Assembly (NCBI GenBank): GCA_041613315.1
Contig: JBFJHJ010000024.1
Coordinates: forward strand, 1-48,920
Length of the DNA: 48,920 nt
Direction of reading: 5' to 3'
From: Gemmatimonadales bacterium
GTDB lineage: Bacteria; Gemmatimonadota; Gemmatimonadetes; Gemmatimonadales; GWC2-71-9
Part shown: piece by piece, positions 28,788 through 38,671 of the stretch
Layout of the letters: each line of letters starts with the position of its first letter
How positions within the stretch are numbered: position 1 is the first letter of the stretch
Notes under the pieces: model-generated
Seen by the model: only the letters and a program-made list of their open reading frames with translations
What the model was told of the DNA's origin: nothing
Databases searched by the model: none
Position numbers and translations under genes: made by a program

Positions 28788-29732
28788 GTGGTCCGGCGGC
28801 TCGCCGCCGCCGCCGTCGTGGCGGTCCTCGCGCTCGTCCTCTGGCCGGCGGTGGCCCACGCCTGGACGCCGGGCACGCACATCTTTCTCGGCGAATCGGT
28901 CCTCGCCAACCTCTCACAGCTCCCCGGCGCCGTCGCCGATCTGCTGCGCGCGTTCCCCTACGACTTCCTCTACGGCAACATCGCCGCGGACACTTCGATC
29001 GCGAAGAAGTATGCGCCGGTCGGCCGCCACTGCCACTCGTGGCATGTCGGCCAAGAGATCCTCGACCGCGCCGAGAGCGAGCCCCTGCGGGCGTTCGGTC
29101 TCGGCTACCTGGCACATCTTGCCGCGGACACGGTGGCCCACAACTTTTTCGTGCCGCGACAACTCGTGGTGACGTCCGCCGCGAGCGCCCTCGGACACTC
29201 GTATTGGGAGAGCCGGTTCGAGACACACTTGGGCGACCACTTCGCCCGCACGGCGATGGACATCATCCGGCTCGACCACTCCAGCGCCGATTCTCACCTC
29301 GACCGGATCCTCGCCCCGACCATCTTCTCGGTGCGGACGAGCCGACGGCTGTTCCGGGGCATGGTGGGCATCACGGAGACCGAAAGCTGGCAACGCGCCT
29401 TCCGGATCATTGCGGAGCGCAGTCGCTGGGACCTGACCGATGACGTGGTAGAGCGCCAGATGGGCACGGCGTTCCAACTGGTCATGGAGCTCCTCGACGG
29501 GGTGAGCGGGGTTGCGCGGCGGCTGGATCCCTCGGGGGAAGCCTCGTTGACGCTGGCCAAAAAGATGCGGCTCGACGCGCTGCGGAGCGGGGTGCCGAGC
29601 GATCCGGAGAACCTCCAGGCCGTGGCCGACGAACACTTCGGGCTGCCGGACCACCAGCTCTCGTTCTGGGAGACCTCGGACGCGCAGCGGCCGTGGCGGG
29701 ATCGCCCCATGGAGGGTGGAGCGGCGAGCTAG
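28788..29732 (+). CDS. Zinc-dependent phospholipase C / S1-P1 nuclease family protein
   Basis: Signal peptide ending AHA, mature N-terminal W-x4-H, GYLAHLAAD..AH, GHSYWE. Confidence 0.75.
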   Translation: MVRRLAAAAVVAVLALVLWPAVAHAWTPGTHIFLGESVLANLSQLPGAVADLLRAFPYDFLYGNIAADTSIAKKYAPVGRHCHSWHVGQEILDRAESEPLRAFGLGYLAHLAADTVAHNFFVPRQLVVTSAASALGHSYWESRFETHLGDHFARTAMDIIRLDHSSADSHLDRILAPTIFSVRTSRRLFRGMVGITETESWQRAFRIIAERSRWDLTDDVVERQMGTAFQLVMELLDGVSGVARRLDPSGEASLTLAKKMRLDALRSGVPSDPENLQAVADEHFGLPDHQLSFWETSDAQRPWRDRPMEGGAAS

Positions 29733-29757
29733 CCGGGGTGGGTGCGCGCGCGGGTGC

Positions 29758-31176
29758 TTAACGGCCCACCCGTGCTCGCAGCAGCGCGTGCACCGCCTTG
29801 GGGTCGGCCGTGCCCCCCGACGCCTTCATCACTTCTCCCATGAAAAACCCCTCCAGCCGCGCCTCACCGCCCGCGTAGCGCTCGACCTCCGCGGGATACC
29901 GGGCGAGCACCTCGTCGACCCACGCGGCCAGCCGGTCGGCATCGGCCACCTGCACCAACCCCAAGCGCGCCGCCACGTCCCGAGGATCGTCGTCCCGCTC
30001 CGCGAGCGCCGCGAACACCCGCTTGGCCGCCTGCGTACTGAGCGTGCCGTCGCCGATCAGCGCCAGCAGTCGAGCCAGCCGGGCGGGCGAGACCCGGTAC
30101 GAGCCGCTCGCGGTTTTCGCCTCGGCCAGCACCGGGCCCATCACCCAGTTCGCCGCGGGCTTGGGCTCGGCACCATGGGTCACCGCGGTCTCGAAATAGT
30201 CCGCCAGCGATCGCGACGCGGTGAGGACACGGGCGTCGTACTCGGACAGCGCGTAGGCGTCCATGAACCGCGCAGCGCGGGCCGGCGGAAGCTCGGGGAG
30301 CGTGTGCGCTTCCACGGCCGAGTCGATACCGGCCGCGTGAAGCACAAGGGGCGGCAGGTCGGGATCGGAGAAGTAACGGTAGTCGTGGCTTTCTTCCTTG
30401 ACCCGCATGGCGCGGAGCTCACCGGTCGCGGCGGTGAACGTGGTGAGGGCGATCGGGTCGCCGCGTGTCCGTGCCGCGATCTGGGCGTCCCGAAGCTGCT
30501 CCAGCGCGCCCTCCGCCGCGGCGAACGAGTTGAGGTTCTTGATTTCCTGCTTGGTGCCCAGCGCTTCGCCGCCGCGCCGCACCGACAGGTTTGCATCTAC
30601 GCGCAGGCTCCCCTCCTCCATGTTGCAGTCGGAGACGTCCAGGTACTCGAGGAGCTGCTTGACGAACGTGAGGTATCGCCGCGCGTCCGCGGGCACTCGC
30701 AGGTCCGGCTCGCTGACGATCTCGATCAGCGGAATGCCGCAACGGTTGAAATCCACGGCCGTGAGGCCCGGCACCCGATCGTGGAAGGACTTGCCGGCAT
30801 CCTCCTCGAGGTGAAGACGGGCGATGCGGACGGAGACCGCGTGCCCCGGCTCGCCGATCTCGACCCGCCCGCGTGTGGCCAGCGGGTGGCGAAATTGGGA
30901 GATCTGGTAGCCCTTCGGCAGATCGGGGTAGAAATAGCTCTTCCGGGCGAACACACTGCGCTCGTGCACCGTGCAGCCGAGCGCGAGCGCAGCACGCACG
31001 GCGAGCCGAACCGCTGACCCGTTCGGCACGGGAAGGCTCCCCGGCAAGCCGAGACACACGGGGCAGACGTTGGTGTTGGGCGGATCGCCAAAGCGCGTGG
31101 AGCAGGCGCAGAACATCTTGCTCTGGGTCTTGAGCTGAACGTGGACCTCGAGGCCGATGACGGTCTCCCACGTCAC
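29758..31176 (-). CDS. gatB: Asp/Glu-tRNA amidotransferase subunit B
   Basis: IGLEVHVQL, YFYPDLPKGYQISQ, HLEEDAGK, MEEGSLRVDAN; GTG overlaps the gatA stop. Confidence 0.96.
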   Translation of the reverse strand: MTWETVIGLEVHVQLKTQSKMFCACSTRFGDPPNTNVCPVCLGLPGSLPVPNGSAVRLAVRAALALGCTVHERSVFARKSYFYPDLPKGYQISQFRHPLATRGRVEIGEPGHAVSVRIARLHLEEDAGKSFHDRVPGLTAVDFNRCGIPLIEIVSEPDLRVPADARRYLTFVKQLLEYLDVSDCNMEEGSLRVDANLSVRRGGEALGTKQEIKNLNSFAAAEGALEQLRDAQIAARTRGDPIALTTFTAATGELRAMRVKEESHDYRYFSDPDLPPLVLHAAGIDSAVEAHTLPELPPARAARFMDAYALSEYDARVLTASRSLADYFETAVTHGAEPKPAANWVMGPVLAEAKTASGSYRVSPARLARLLALIGDGTLSTQAAKRVFAALAERDDDPRDVAARLGLVQVADADRLAAWVDEVLARYPAEVERYAGGEARLEGFFMGEVMKASGGTADPKAVHALLRARVGR

Positions 31177-32555
31177 GCGACGGCCTCCGACGGGTCCACC
31201 ATGTCCTCGAGAAGCCGGGCCGCCTGCAGCATCCGGCTCTCCGCGAAGTGGGGCGCTATGAACTGTGCGCCGACGGGGAGCCCCTGAACGCGCCCGAGCG
31301 GGATCGCGACGGCGGGGAGCCCCGCCAGGTTGGTCGGACACACGAACGCGTCGGCCCGATACATGGCGATGGGGTCATCCAGCCGTTCTCCGGCGCGAAA
31401 CGCGGTCGTGGGGGTGGTTGGGGCGAACAGGAGATCCACCCCCTTGGCGAACACCTGCGCGAAATCCCGGGCGATGAGCGCGCGGGCCGCCTGCGCCTTG
31501 CGGTAGTACTGATCGTAGTAGCCGGCCGAGAGTACGTAGGTGCCGACGATGATGCGGCGCCGCACTTCGGGGCCGAAGCCGGCCCCGCGGGTCGCCCGGT
31601 ACATCCCGTGCACGTCGCCCTGATCGGGGACGACGCGGAGTCCGTAGCGGAGGCCGTCAAAGCGGGCGAGGTTCGAACTCGCCTCCGCCGGCGCGAGCAC
31701 GTAATAGCACGGGATGGCGAGCGCCGTGTGCGGAAGCGAGACGTCCACCACCGTGGCCCCCGCCTGGGTCAGCAGCCGTCGCCCCTGCTCCACCGCGCGC
31801 CGAATCCCGGGATCAAGATCTGGTGGGCGGTACTCCCGTGGCACGCCGATGGTGACACCCCGCAGGTCGGCTGCGGGCGGTTCCAGCGCGAGCGGGTCGC
31901 GGTCGGCGGTGGTGGCGTCGTGCGTGTCCCGGCCCGAGATCGCGACCAGGATGCGCGCGCCAAGGTCCACCGAGCGCGACAGCACGCCGATCTGGTCGAG
32001 CGAGCTCCCGAACGCCACGAGTCCATACCGACTCACGCGCCCGTACGTCGGCTTGATGCCGACGATGCCGCAGAAGGCGGCAGGCTGCCGCACGGAGCCG
32101 CCGGTCTCCGAGCCTAGAGCCGCGTCCACGGCATCGGTGGCCACCAGGGCGGCCGAGCCGCCCGAGGAGCCGCCGGGCACGCGGTCGGGGGCCTCGGGGT
32201 GGCGCGTGCGACCGAACGCCGAGTGCTCCGTGGACGAGCCCATGGCGAACTCGTCCAGGTTGGTCTTACACGCGATCCACGCGCCCGCCGCCTTGAGCCG
32301 GCTGACGGCCGTGGCTTCATACGGTGAGCGATATCCCTGCAGAATCTTCGAGCCGCACGTCGTGGGGTACTCGAGAGTGCAGATGTTGTCCTTTACGGCG
32401 ATGGCGAGTCCGGCCAGCGCCCCGCGCCCATCGGATCGCGCGGCCTGGTCCATGAGGATCGCGCGGTCGTAGGCGATGACGGCGTTCAGCCCCTCGGTCC
32501 GTGTGCGTTCGATCCGGTCGGCGGCGTCCGCGGCGCGCCCGGCGCTGGGAGTCAC
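31173..32555 (-). CDS. gatA: Asp/Glu-tRNA amidotransferase subunit A
   Basis: KTNLDEFAMGSSTE, PGGSSGGS, GSETGGSVRQPA, EASSNLARFDG.RYG. Confidence 0.96.
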   Translation of the reverse strand: MTPSAGRAADAADRIERTRTEGLNAVIAYDRAILMDQAARSDGRGALAGLAIAVKDNICTLEYPTTCGSKILQGYRSPYEATAVSRLKAAGAWIACKTNLDEFAMGSSTEHSAFGRTRHPEAPDRVPGGSSGGSAALVATDAVDAALGSETGGSVRQPAAFCGIVGIKPTYGRVSRYGLVAFGSSLDQIGVLSRSVDLGARILVAISGRDTHDATTADRDPLALEPPAADLRGVTIGVPREYRPPDLDPGIRRAVEQGRRLLTQAGATVVDVSLPHTALAIPCYYVLAPAEASSNLARFDGLRYGLRVVPDQGDVHGMYRATRGAGFGPEVRRRIIVGTYVLSAGYYDQYYRKAQAARALIARDFAQVFAKGVDLLFAPTTPTTAFRAGERLDDPIAMYRADAFVCPTNLAGLPAVAIPLGRVQGLPVGAQFIAPHFAESRMLQAARLLEDMVDPSEAVA

Positions 32556-32854
32556 TCGCGCTCCAGCTGCCCTGGGGAGGGGCCGAGAAAGAGCCCGTTC
32601 TCGAAGACCGGGGCAAACGTCGTGGGGTCGACCGGGGGGTCAGGCCGACGCACGCGGTCCTCGCGCAACGGCGGGACGGGGCCCGGCATGGGGTGCAGCT
32701 CCACCTCGCGGGCGTCACTCTGCACGGCGTCGAGCTGGGAAACGTACGCCAGGATCTGTTGAATCTGTTGGGTCAGCGTGGGCAGCGTGTCGTCGTCCAC
32801 CGCGAGCGCCGCGAGCGCGGCGATGCGCTCGACCTCCCGGCGCGTGACGCTCAT
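32552..32854 (-). CDS. gatC: Asp/Glu-tRNA amidotransferase subunit C
   Basis: V.RIA.LA.L, IL.YV.QL, LRED; directly upstream of gatA. Confidence 0.85.
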   Translation of the reverse strand: MSVTRREVERIAALAALAVDDDTLPTLTQQIQQILAYVSQLDAVQSDAREVELHPMPGPVPPLREDRVRRPDPPVDPTTFAPVFENGLFLGPSPGQLERE

Positions 32855-35067
32855 GCGATATCCCAGTCCCGCTCGAGGCTGGCATACGCGACCAGCAGCT
32901 GCTTCAGACCGATCTCGTCATCCTCGAACTCGACGGTGACCTTGAGGTCGCGACCGTGTCCGGTCAGCGCGCGGATCACCCCGCTGCCGAAGTGCCGGTG
33001 ACGAACACGCTCGCCCTTCACGTAGCGCGGCGCGTCTTGCGAGGCGAGCTCGGGCTCGAGCGGCGGCGCCTCGGCCAGCCGCCAGCCGTTGCGGGGACGG
33101 CCCCGGCGGTAGAGGTCTCGCTCGAACACACCGCTGGTCCGGCGCTCGTCCACGACGCCCGGGGGTAACGCTTCCAGAAAGCGAGACGCCATGCCGGGGA
33201 GGACCTGTCCGCCGCGGCGCCGGGCACGCGCCCACATGAGGTAGAGGCGGTCCTGCGCCCGGGTGAGCGCCACATAGGCGAGCCGGCGCTCTTCTTCTGC
33301 CCCCTCGGGGGTCTCCAGCGAGCGGCTCAGCGGGAACAGCCCGTCCTCGAGGCCCGCGACCACCACCAACGGCCATTCCAACCCCTTGGCCGTGTGCACC
33401 GTCATCAGGCTGACGCCTGTCGGGTCGCCGTCGACGACCTGATCCGCCGACGTGAGGGCGGCACTCGCCAGGAACTGCTCCACCGGCGACGATCCCTCGT
33501 CGGCGTCGGACTCTTCGGACCACTCCGCGGCGGCTGCGAGGAGCTCCCGCACGTTTTCCAGGCGCTCGAGCCCTTCGGGGCCTTCCGAGGCGAGGTGCAC
33601 CTCGTAGTGAATCGTCTCGAGAATGCGCTCGAGCAGCGCCGCGGGGGTCGTGGAGTCGACGCCCCGGCGCAGCGACTCGATCAACGCGGCAAAGTCCTGG
33701 AACGCCTGCTTGGCGAGCGGTCGCAGCTCGCTGATCCGATCGGCGATCTGTGCCGTGGCAAGAAGCGGCTTCCCCCACTGCCGCGCCGCCGTCTCGAGGG
33801 CGCGTACGCTGGCCATGCCCAAGCCCCGGCGCGGGACCTGCACGGCTCGGAGGAACGCTTCGGCATCGGCCGGGTTCAGGGTCAGCCGCATGTACGCCAA
33901 CAAGTCCTTCACCTCGCGGCGCTCATAGAAGCTCACTGCCCCGACCACCCGGTACGGGAGCGACGCGCGGCGACACGCCTCCTCGAGCGCACGAGACTGG
34001 GCGTTCGTCCGGTAGAGGACCGCCATGTCGGCGAAGGGCACCCCGTCCGCCGCCGCGCGCGCGCGGAGCTCGCGCGTGATCCACTCCGCCTCATCCCGCT
34101 CGTCGGCGGCCGACACGAGGACCACGGGTTCTCCGCCCGCCCGTGTGGTAAATAGGGTCTTCCCCAGTCGCTCTCGGTTCTCGGCGATGATGCCGTTTGC
34201 CGCTTCGAGGATCACGGCCGTCGAGCGGTAGTTCTCTTCGAGGCGCACCAGCTCCGCGTCGGGGAAGTCGGTCTGGAAGTCCAGCATGTTTCGGACGTCG
34301 GCCCCGCGCCAGCTGTAGATGGACTGGTCATCGTCGCCGACGGCGCAGATCTGGCGGTGGCCCTCGGCCAGCGCGCGTACGAACAGGTATTGCGCGCGAT
34401 TGGTGTCTTGGAACTCGTCCACCAGGACGGCGTCGAAGCGCCGCTGCCAGTGTGTCCGGCGGTCGGGATGCAGGCGGAAGAGGGTGAGCGGGTGGAGCAG
34501 GAGATCGTCGAAGTCCATCGCGTTCGCCCGCACCAGCGCCTTGTCCAGCTCGTGGTAGAGTTCCGCCGCGACGCGGCTCACCCGGTCGTCGGCACTCGCC
34601 GCCAATTCCTCGGCGGTGACGAGTCGGTTCTTGGCCGCAGAGACGATGGCCTGGAGTTGGCGCGGCGGGTACGCCCGGGGGGCGTAGCCCCGCTGTTCCA
34701 AGAGTCCCTTGATCACCCTGAGACGGTCGTCCTCGTCGTAGATCGTGAACTGCGGGGTAAAGCCAAGGCGCGGCGCTTCACGGCGCAGAAGGCGCGCCGA
34801 CAGCGAGTGGAACGTCCCGATCCACAGCCCCCGCGGGTCACGCCCCAGCAGGTCGGCGACGCGGCGGCGCATTTCGGCCGCCGCCTTATTCGTGAACGTG
34901 ACCGCGAGAATCCGTTCCGGCGGGACGCCGTGACGGTCCACCAGCCAGGCGATACGGGTGGTGAGCACCCGGGTCTTGCCGGAGCCGGCGCCCGCCAATA
35001 TGAGGAGCGGACCCGCGCCATGCTCAACGGCGCGCCGCTGCGCCGGGTTCAGGACGACGTCAAGCAC
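32851..35067 (-). CDS. pcrA: UvrD/PcrA family DNA helicase
   Basis: AGAGSGKT, TFTNKAA, DEFQD, GDDDQSIYSWRG, NYRS, HTAKGLE, EERRLAYVALTRA, C-terminal Tudor-like domain. Confidence 0.95.
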   Translation of the reverse strand: MLDVVLNPAQRRAVEHGAGPLLILAGAGSGKTRVLTTRIAWLVDRHGVPPERILAVTFTNKAAAEMRRRVADLLGRDPRGLWIGTFHSLSARLLRREAPRLGFTPQFTIYDEDDRLRVIKGLLEQRGYAPRAYPPRQLQAIVSAAKNRLVTAEELAASADDRVSRVAAELYHELDKALVRANAMDFDDLLLHPLTLFRLHPDRRTHWQRRFDAVLVDEFQDTNRAQYLFVRALAEGHRQICAVGDDDQSIYSWRGADVRNMLDFQTDFPDAELVRLEENYRSTAVILEAANGIIAENRERLGKTLFTTRAGGEPVVLVSAADERDEAEWITRELRARAAADGVPFADMAVLYRTNAQSRALEEACRRASLPYRVVGAVSFYERREVKDLLAYMRLTLNPADAEAFLRAVQVPRRGLGMASVRALETAARQWGKPLLATAQIADRISELRPLAKQAFQDFAALIESLRRGVDSTTPAALLERILETIHYEVHLASEGPEGLERLENVRELLAAAAEWSEESDADEGSSPVEQFLASAALTSADQVVDGDPTGVSLMTVHTAKGLEWPLVVVAGLEDGLFPLSRSLETPEGAEEERRLAYVALTRAQDRLYLMWARARRRGGQVLPGMASRFLEALPPGVVDERRTSGVFERDLYRRGRPRNGWRLAEAPPLEPELASQDAPRYVKGERVRHRHFGSGVIRALTGHGRDLKVTVEFEDDEIGLKQLLVAYASLERDWDIA

Positions 35068-36253
35068 GCAGGGGACGGGGCCGCTTGCCGGCCCCGACGG
35101 GCAGCTCCACGGCGAAGGTGGTGCCCGTTGCCGTGGGGACGATGGTCAGGCCACCCCCGTGCACGTCTTCCACGATCCGGCGGGCGAGCGCGAGGCCGAT
35201 CCCCCAGCCGCCCGGTTTCGTGGTCACACCGGGCTCGAAGACGGCGGCGCGGATGTCTGGGGGGATCCCGGGGCCGTCGTCGGCGACGGTGATCGTGGCG
35301 CGGTCGCCGTGATCGGTCACCTCGAGGTCGATCGCGCCGCCGCGGCCGCTCAGCGCATCGACGGCGTTGCGTACCAGGGCCTCGAGGGCCCATTCGACGA
35401 GCACGGGATCCCCGGCCACGACGGGCCCCGCCGCGGGGGCCCGGACCGTGAGCGTGACGGGGTGGGCGTGACGCGGCAACCGCGGAGTGAAGTACGCCGC
35501 GACGCGCTCCGCGAGGGCGCCCAGTGCCACTTGGTCGCGGTGGGCGGGGCGGCCGATGCGCTCGAAACGCTGGGCCACGCGCTGCAGGCGCTCGAGGTCC
35601 GAGCGCAGGTGGCGGGCGATCTCGCCGGGCGACGTCGCTCCATGGTCCAGCCGGTCGACCCACGCGCCGGCGCTCATGAGTGGGGTGCCGAGTTGGTGAG
35701 CCGACTCGCGCGCCATCGCGACCCAGAGGCGGTCGCGGTGCCGGTTCACGGCGGTGCGATAGGCCCACGCGCCCGCGATGAGGGTGGTCGCCAAGAGCCC
35801 GAGCTGGACCCAGGTGAGCCAGTTGAGGCGGCGCGCCGCCGGCAGCAGCCCATAGTGCAGCGTCCCGACGCCGGGAACGTTGATGGGCGGGTTCAGCCGG
35901 TCGAGCTCGCGCACGTAGGTGTCGAGGCGCGGCTCGCCGAAAGCGGCGGCGAACGGCAGGTTCGCGGCGGCGCTGACCCGGCCGTCGGGACCGGTGACCA
36001 CCAGCGGCATCCCGCTCTCGCGGATCTCGGTCACGAGGGCGAACAGGGTCTCGGTGTCGGCGCCGGGGTTGGGATCGGCGAGCGCGGCGGTGATGCGTCC
36101 GTAGATGCGGGAACTGTTGCCCGCTTCTTCCCGGAGGTAGTTCGTCACCGCCCAGGCCTGCCAGAGCGAGACACCCGCGAAGACGACGACGAGTCCGAGT
36201 ACGACCTCCGGTCCCCAGCGGGCGAGACGCCGCGTCAGCCTACGCCCCGCCAT
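35060..36253 (-). CDS. Membrane-bound sensor histidine kinase (orphan)
   Basis: Two TM helices, H-box ESAHQLGTPL, N-box RNAVDA, DDGPGI, FEPG.TTK, G.GIGL. Confidence 0.9.
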   Translation of the reverse strand: MAGRRLTRRLARWGPEVVLGLVVVFAGVSLWQAWAVTNYLREEAGNSSRIYGRITAALADPNPGADTETLFALVTEIRESGMPLVVTGPDGRVSAAANLPFAAAFGEPRLDTYVRELDRLNPPINVPGVGTLHYGLLPAARRLNWLTWVQLGLLATTLIAGAWAYRTAVNRHRDRLWVAMARESAHQLGTPLMSAGAWVDRLDHGATSPGEIARHLRSDLERLQRVAQRFERIGRPAHRDQVALGALAERVAAYFTPRLPRHAHPVTLTVRAPAAGPVVAGDPVLVEWALEALVRNAVDALSGRGGAIDLEVTDHGDRATITVADDGPGIPPDIRAAVFEPGVTTKPGGWGIGLALARRIVEDVHGGGLTIVPTATGTTFAVELPVGAGKRPRPLRA

Positions 36254-37523
36254 CGGGAGTCAGCCGCTCGATCCCGAGATACGGGACGAGGGCTTCCGGG
36301 ATCCGGACGCCGCCGTCGGCGTCCTGGTTGTTCTCCAGCAGGGCGATGATGGTCCGCGGCAAGGCGACCCCCGACGCGTTCAGCGTATGGACGAAATCTG
36401 GCTTCGCGTCGGGCCGCGGCCGGTACCGGATGTTTGCACGGCGGGCCTGAAAATCGGTGAAGCTGCTCGCACTCGACGCCTCCAGCCACGTCCCGACCCC
36501 GGCGGCCCACACCTCGAGGTCGTAGGTCTTGGCGCTGGCGAATCCCACGTCGCCGGCGGCAAGCAAGACGACGCGGTACGGCAAGCCAAGCCGCTGCAGC
36601 ACCGCCTCGGCATGGCCCAGCAGCTTCTCGTGCTCCGCGGGGGACGCCTCGGGCGTCGAGAACCGGACCAATTCCACCTTGTCGAACTGGTGTACGCGGA
36701 TCAGCCCGCGGGTGTCTTTGCCGTGAGCCCCGGCCTCACGCCGGAAGCACGGCGTGTACGCCACGTAGGCCTTGGGGAGCATGGCCGCCGGGAGGATCTC
36801 ATCTCGGTGCAAATTGGTGACCGGCACCTCCGCGGTCGGGATGAGGTACATGTCGTCTTCGGTCACGTACATGTTGCGCTCGAGGTCCGGCAGCTGGCCG
36901 GTGGCTTGCGCGCTCGCCCGGGTAACGAGGTACGGTGGCGCCACCTCGACGTAGTCGTGTTCGCGCGTGTGCATGTCGAGCATCAGAGCCACGAGGGCGC
37001 GGACCAACCGCGCCCCCCAGCCGACGAAGAGGGGGAACCCGGAGCCCGCGACCTTGGCGCCGCGCGGGAGATCGAGCACCCCCAGCCGCTCGCCGATGTC
37101 CCAGTGCGGCCGCGGCTCGAAGGCCAACGTGGGTGGCGTCCCCCACTCGCGGACGACACGGTTCGCCGAGGCGTCACCGTCGGGGAGGTCCGGTAGGGGG
37201 AGGTTTGGCACGACGAGGAGCGTCGTCTCGAGCGTCTCCTCGAGGGTTCGAATCTCCTGGTCCAGCGTCTTGATCCGCTCGCTCACGGTCTTCAGTCGGG
37301 CAATGAGCTCGCTCGCGTCCTGCCTGGCGCGCTTCTGCTCCGCGACCGCCTCCGAGGCGCGATTCCGGTCGGCTTTGAGCTGTTCGGCCTGGGTCAGCAG
37401 TGCGCGACGACGCCGGTCGAGCTCGAGAAGCTGCTCCAAGGTGTGGTGGATGGCGCCACCGCGTCGCGCGAGCGCTGCCCGCACCCGGTCGGGCGACTCT
37501 CGGAGCAGCCGGATGTCGATCAC
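36240..37523 (-). CDS. serS: Serine--tRNA ligase
   Basis: LIPTAEVP, CFRREAG, RVHQFDKVE, KTYDLEVW, FQARR, HTLNASG. Confidence 0.97.
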   Translation of the reverse strand: MIDIRLLRESPDRVRAALARRGGAIHHTLEQLLELDRRRRALLTQAEQLKADRNRASEAVAEQKRARQDASELIARLKTVSERIKTLDQEIRTLEETLETTLLVVPNLPLPDLPDGDASANRVVREWGTPPTLAFEPRPHWDIGERLGVLDLPRGAKVAGSGFPLFVGWGARLVRALVALMLDMHTREHDYVEVAPPYLVTRASAQATGQLPDLERNMYVTEDDMYLIPTAEVPVTNLHRDEILPAAMLPKAYVAYTPCFRREAGAHGKDTRGLIRVHQFDKVELVRFSTPEASPAEHEKLLGHAEAVLQRLGLPYRVVLLAAGDVGFASAKTYDLEVWAAGVGTWLEASSASSFTDFQARRANIRYRPRPDAKPDFVHTLNASGVALPRTIIALLENNQDADGGVRIPEALVPYLGIERLTPDGGA

Positions 37524-37527
37524 GGCA

Positions 37528-38106
37528 TCAGGACGTGGGGAGCCCGGGCGCCAGGCTGCGGAAGCCGCAGTTCTGATTCACGAGTGCTTCCAGCGTGATC
37601 GTGCGTGTCGTGGGGTCCACCGCGAGCACGCGGAACTTCCCGTAGCGGGGGATGGCGCCCAGGAACACGCAGAACGCGGCGTCGAACCGAGACCGCACGA
37701 TGAACACGGTCTCGGCCGTGACGGCCTGGGCGCTATCCGCCTGGTAACCTTCGAGCGGTGCGGTCGTGATGGCACCGAACGTCTCGCTGCTCACCTGAAG
37801 CGCCGCGTCGTTGATCTGGCCCAGGGCGCGGGCCGGAAAGATGAGCGCCCGCCCGTCTGCGTCGAGCTCGAACGCGATATCGAAGGGTTGTGCCTGGTCG
37901 GTGCGCGCCGTCGTACGGCTGATGAGATCGTACGCGCTGGGCAGCACGATGTCGGTCCCGGTGAGCGCGTGCAGTGTGACGGTATCGACACGGTTCTCGA
38001 ACTGGGGCGGCGGCAGGCCGAGGGAGTCGCCGCACGCGTGCGCGGCGATGACGAGAGCGCTGGCAACGACGCCCAAGCAAATGTGGCGAAACGATATACG
38101 GATCAT
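37528..38106 (-). CDS. Hypothetical lipoprotein
   Basis: Signal peptide with lipobox AHAC; beta-rich mature region. Confidence 0.7.
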   Translation of the reverse strand: MIRISFRHICLGVVASALVIAAHACGDSLGLPPPQFENRVDTVTLHALTGTDIVLPSAYDLISRTTARTDQAQPFDIAFELDADGRALIFPARALGQINDAALQVSSETFGAITTAPLEGYQADSAQAVTAETVFIVRSRFDAAFCVFLGAIPRYGKFRVLAVDPTTRTITLEALVNQNCGFRSLAPGLPTS

Positions 38107-38118
38107 GGAAGTGGCAGA

Positions 38119-38147
38119 AGATTAGTCGGCGTCGGAAACGCGGTCAA
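38119..38147 (-). promoter_or_regulatory. Sigma70-type promoter TTGACC-N17-TAATCT
   Basis: Near-consensus boxes; -10 ends 12 nt before ATG 38106. Confidence 0.65.
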
Positions 38148-38161
38148 CTGCCTCAGTTCGC

Positions 38162-38190
38162 TTGACTTCGGTCTTTGGTGCGTCTAGCTT
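38162..38190 (+). promoter_or_regulatory. Sigma70-type promoter TTGACT-N17-TAGCTT
   Basis: Near-consensus boxes; -10 ends 7 nt before ATG 38198. Confidence 0.65.
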
Positions 38191-38197
38191 GGCGCGC

Positions 38198-38551
38198 ATG
38201 CCCACCATTCGGGACGTGGTGCAAGTCCTGGCCAGACATGACGGTGTCGACGCCGTCATCGTGCTGGGACGCGACGGCCTCACGATCGACGCTACGGCTC
38301 GCAATGGCATGGACCCCGAGGGCCTCGCGGCGCTGATCCCGCCAGTGGTGGCGGCCTGCGACAAACTGGGCGGCGCAGCGCGCCGCGGCGGCTTCGGCAC
38401 CGCGATCATGGAATTCGGTGGTGGCACGGCCCTCGTCGCCGAGCTGACGCGCGACGCCCTCCTCGCGATTTTCTTTCGTGCCGGCACCAACATTGGTGGA
38501 CTTCTTTACGAGTTCAAGCGCCACCGCAGCGCCATCGCCGGCCTGCTGTGA
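38198..38551 (+). CDS. Roadblock/LC7 (MglB-like) domain protein
   Basis: GV.A..VLGRDGL.I, LAALIP, NIGGLL; start set at ATG 38198. Confidence 0.8.
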   Translation: MPTIRDVVQVLARHDGVDAVIVLGRDGLTIDATARNGMDPEGLAALIPPVVAACDKLGGAARRGGFGTAIMEFGGGTALVAELTRDALLAIFFRAGTNIGGLLYEFKRHRSAIAGLL

Positions 38552-38671
38552 CCCGGCGCGGCGCGCGCGCGCCGGGGCCCGCTGCGCTCGAGGGCCTGCT
38601 CCCTTCTCTGCCAGCCTGATGGTAGTACCCCACACCGCGCGCCGCCGTCCCGCGCGGGGACCCGGCGCCTC

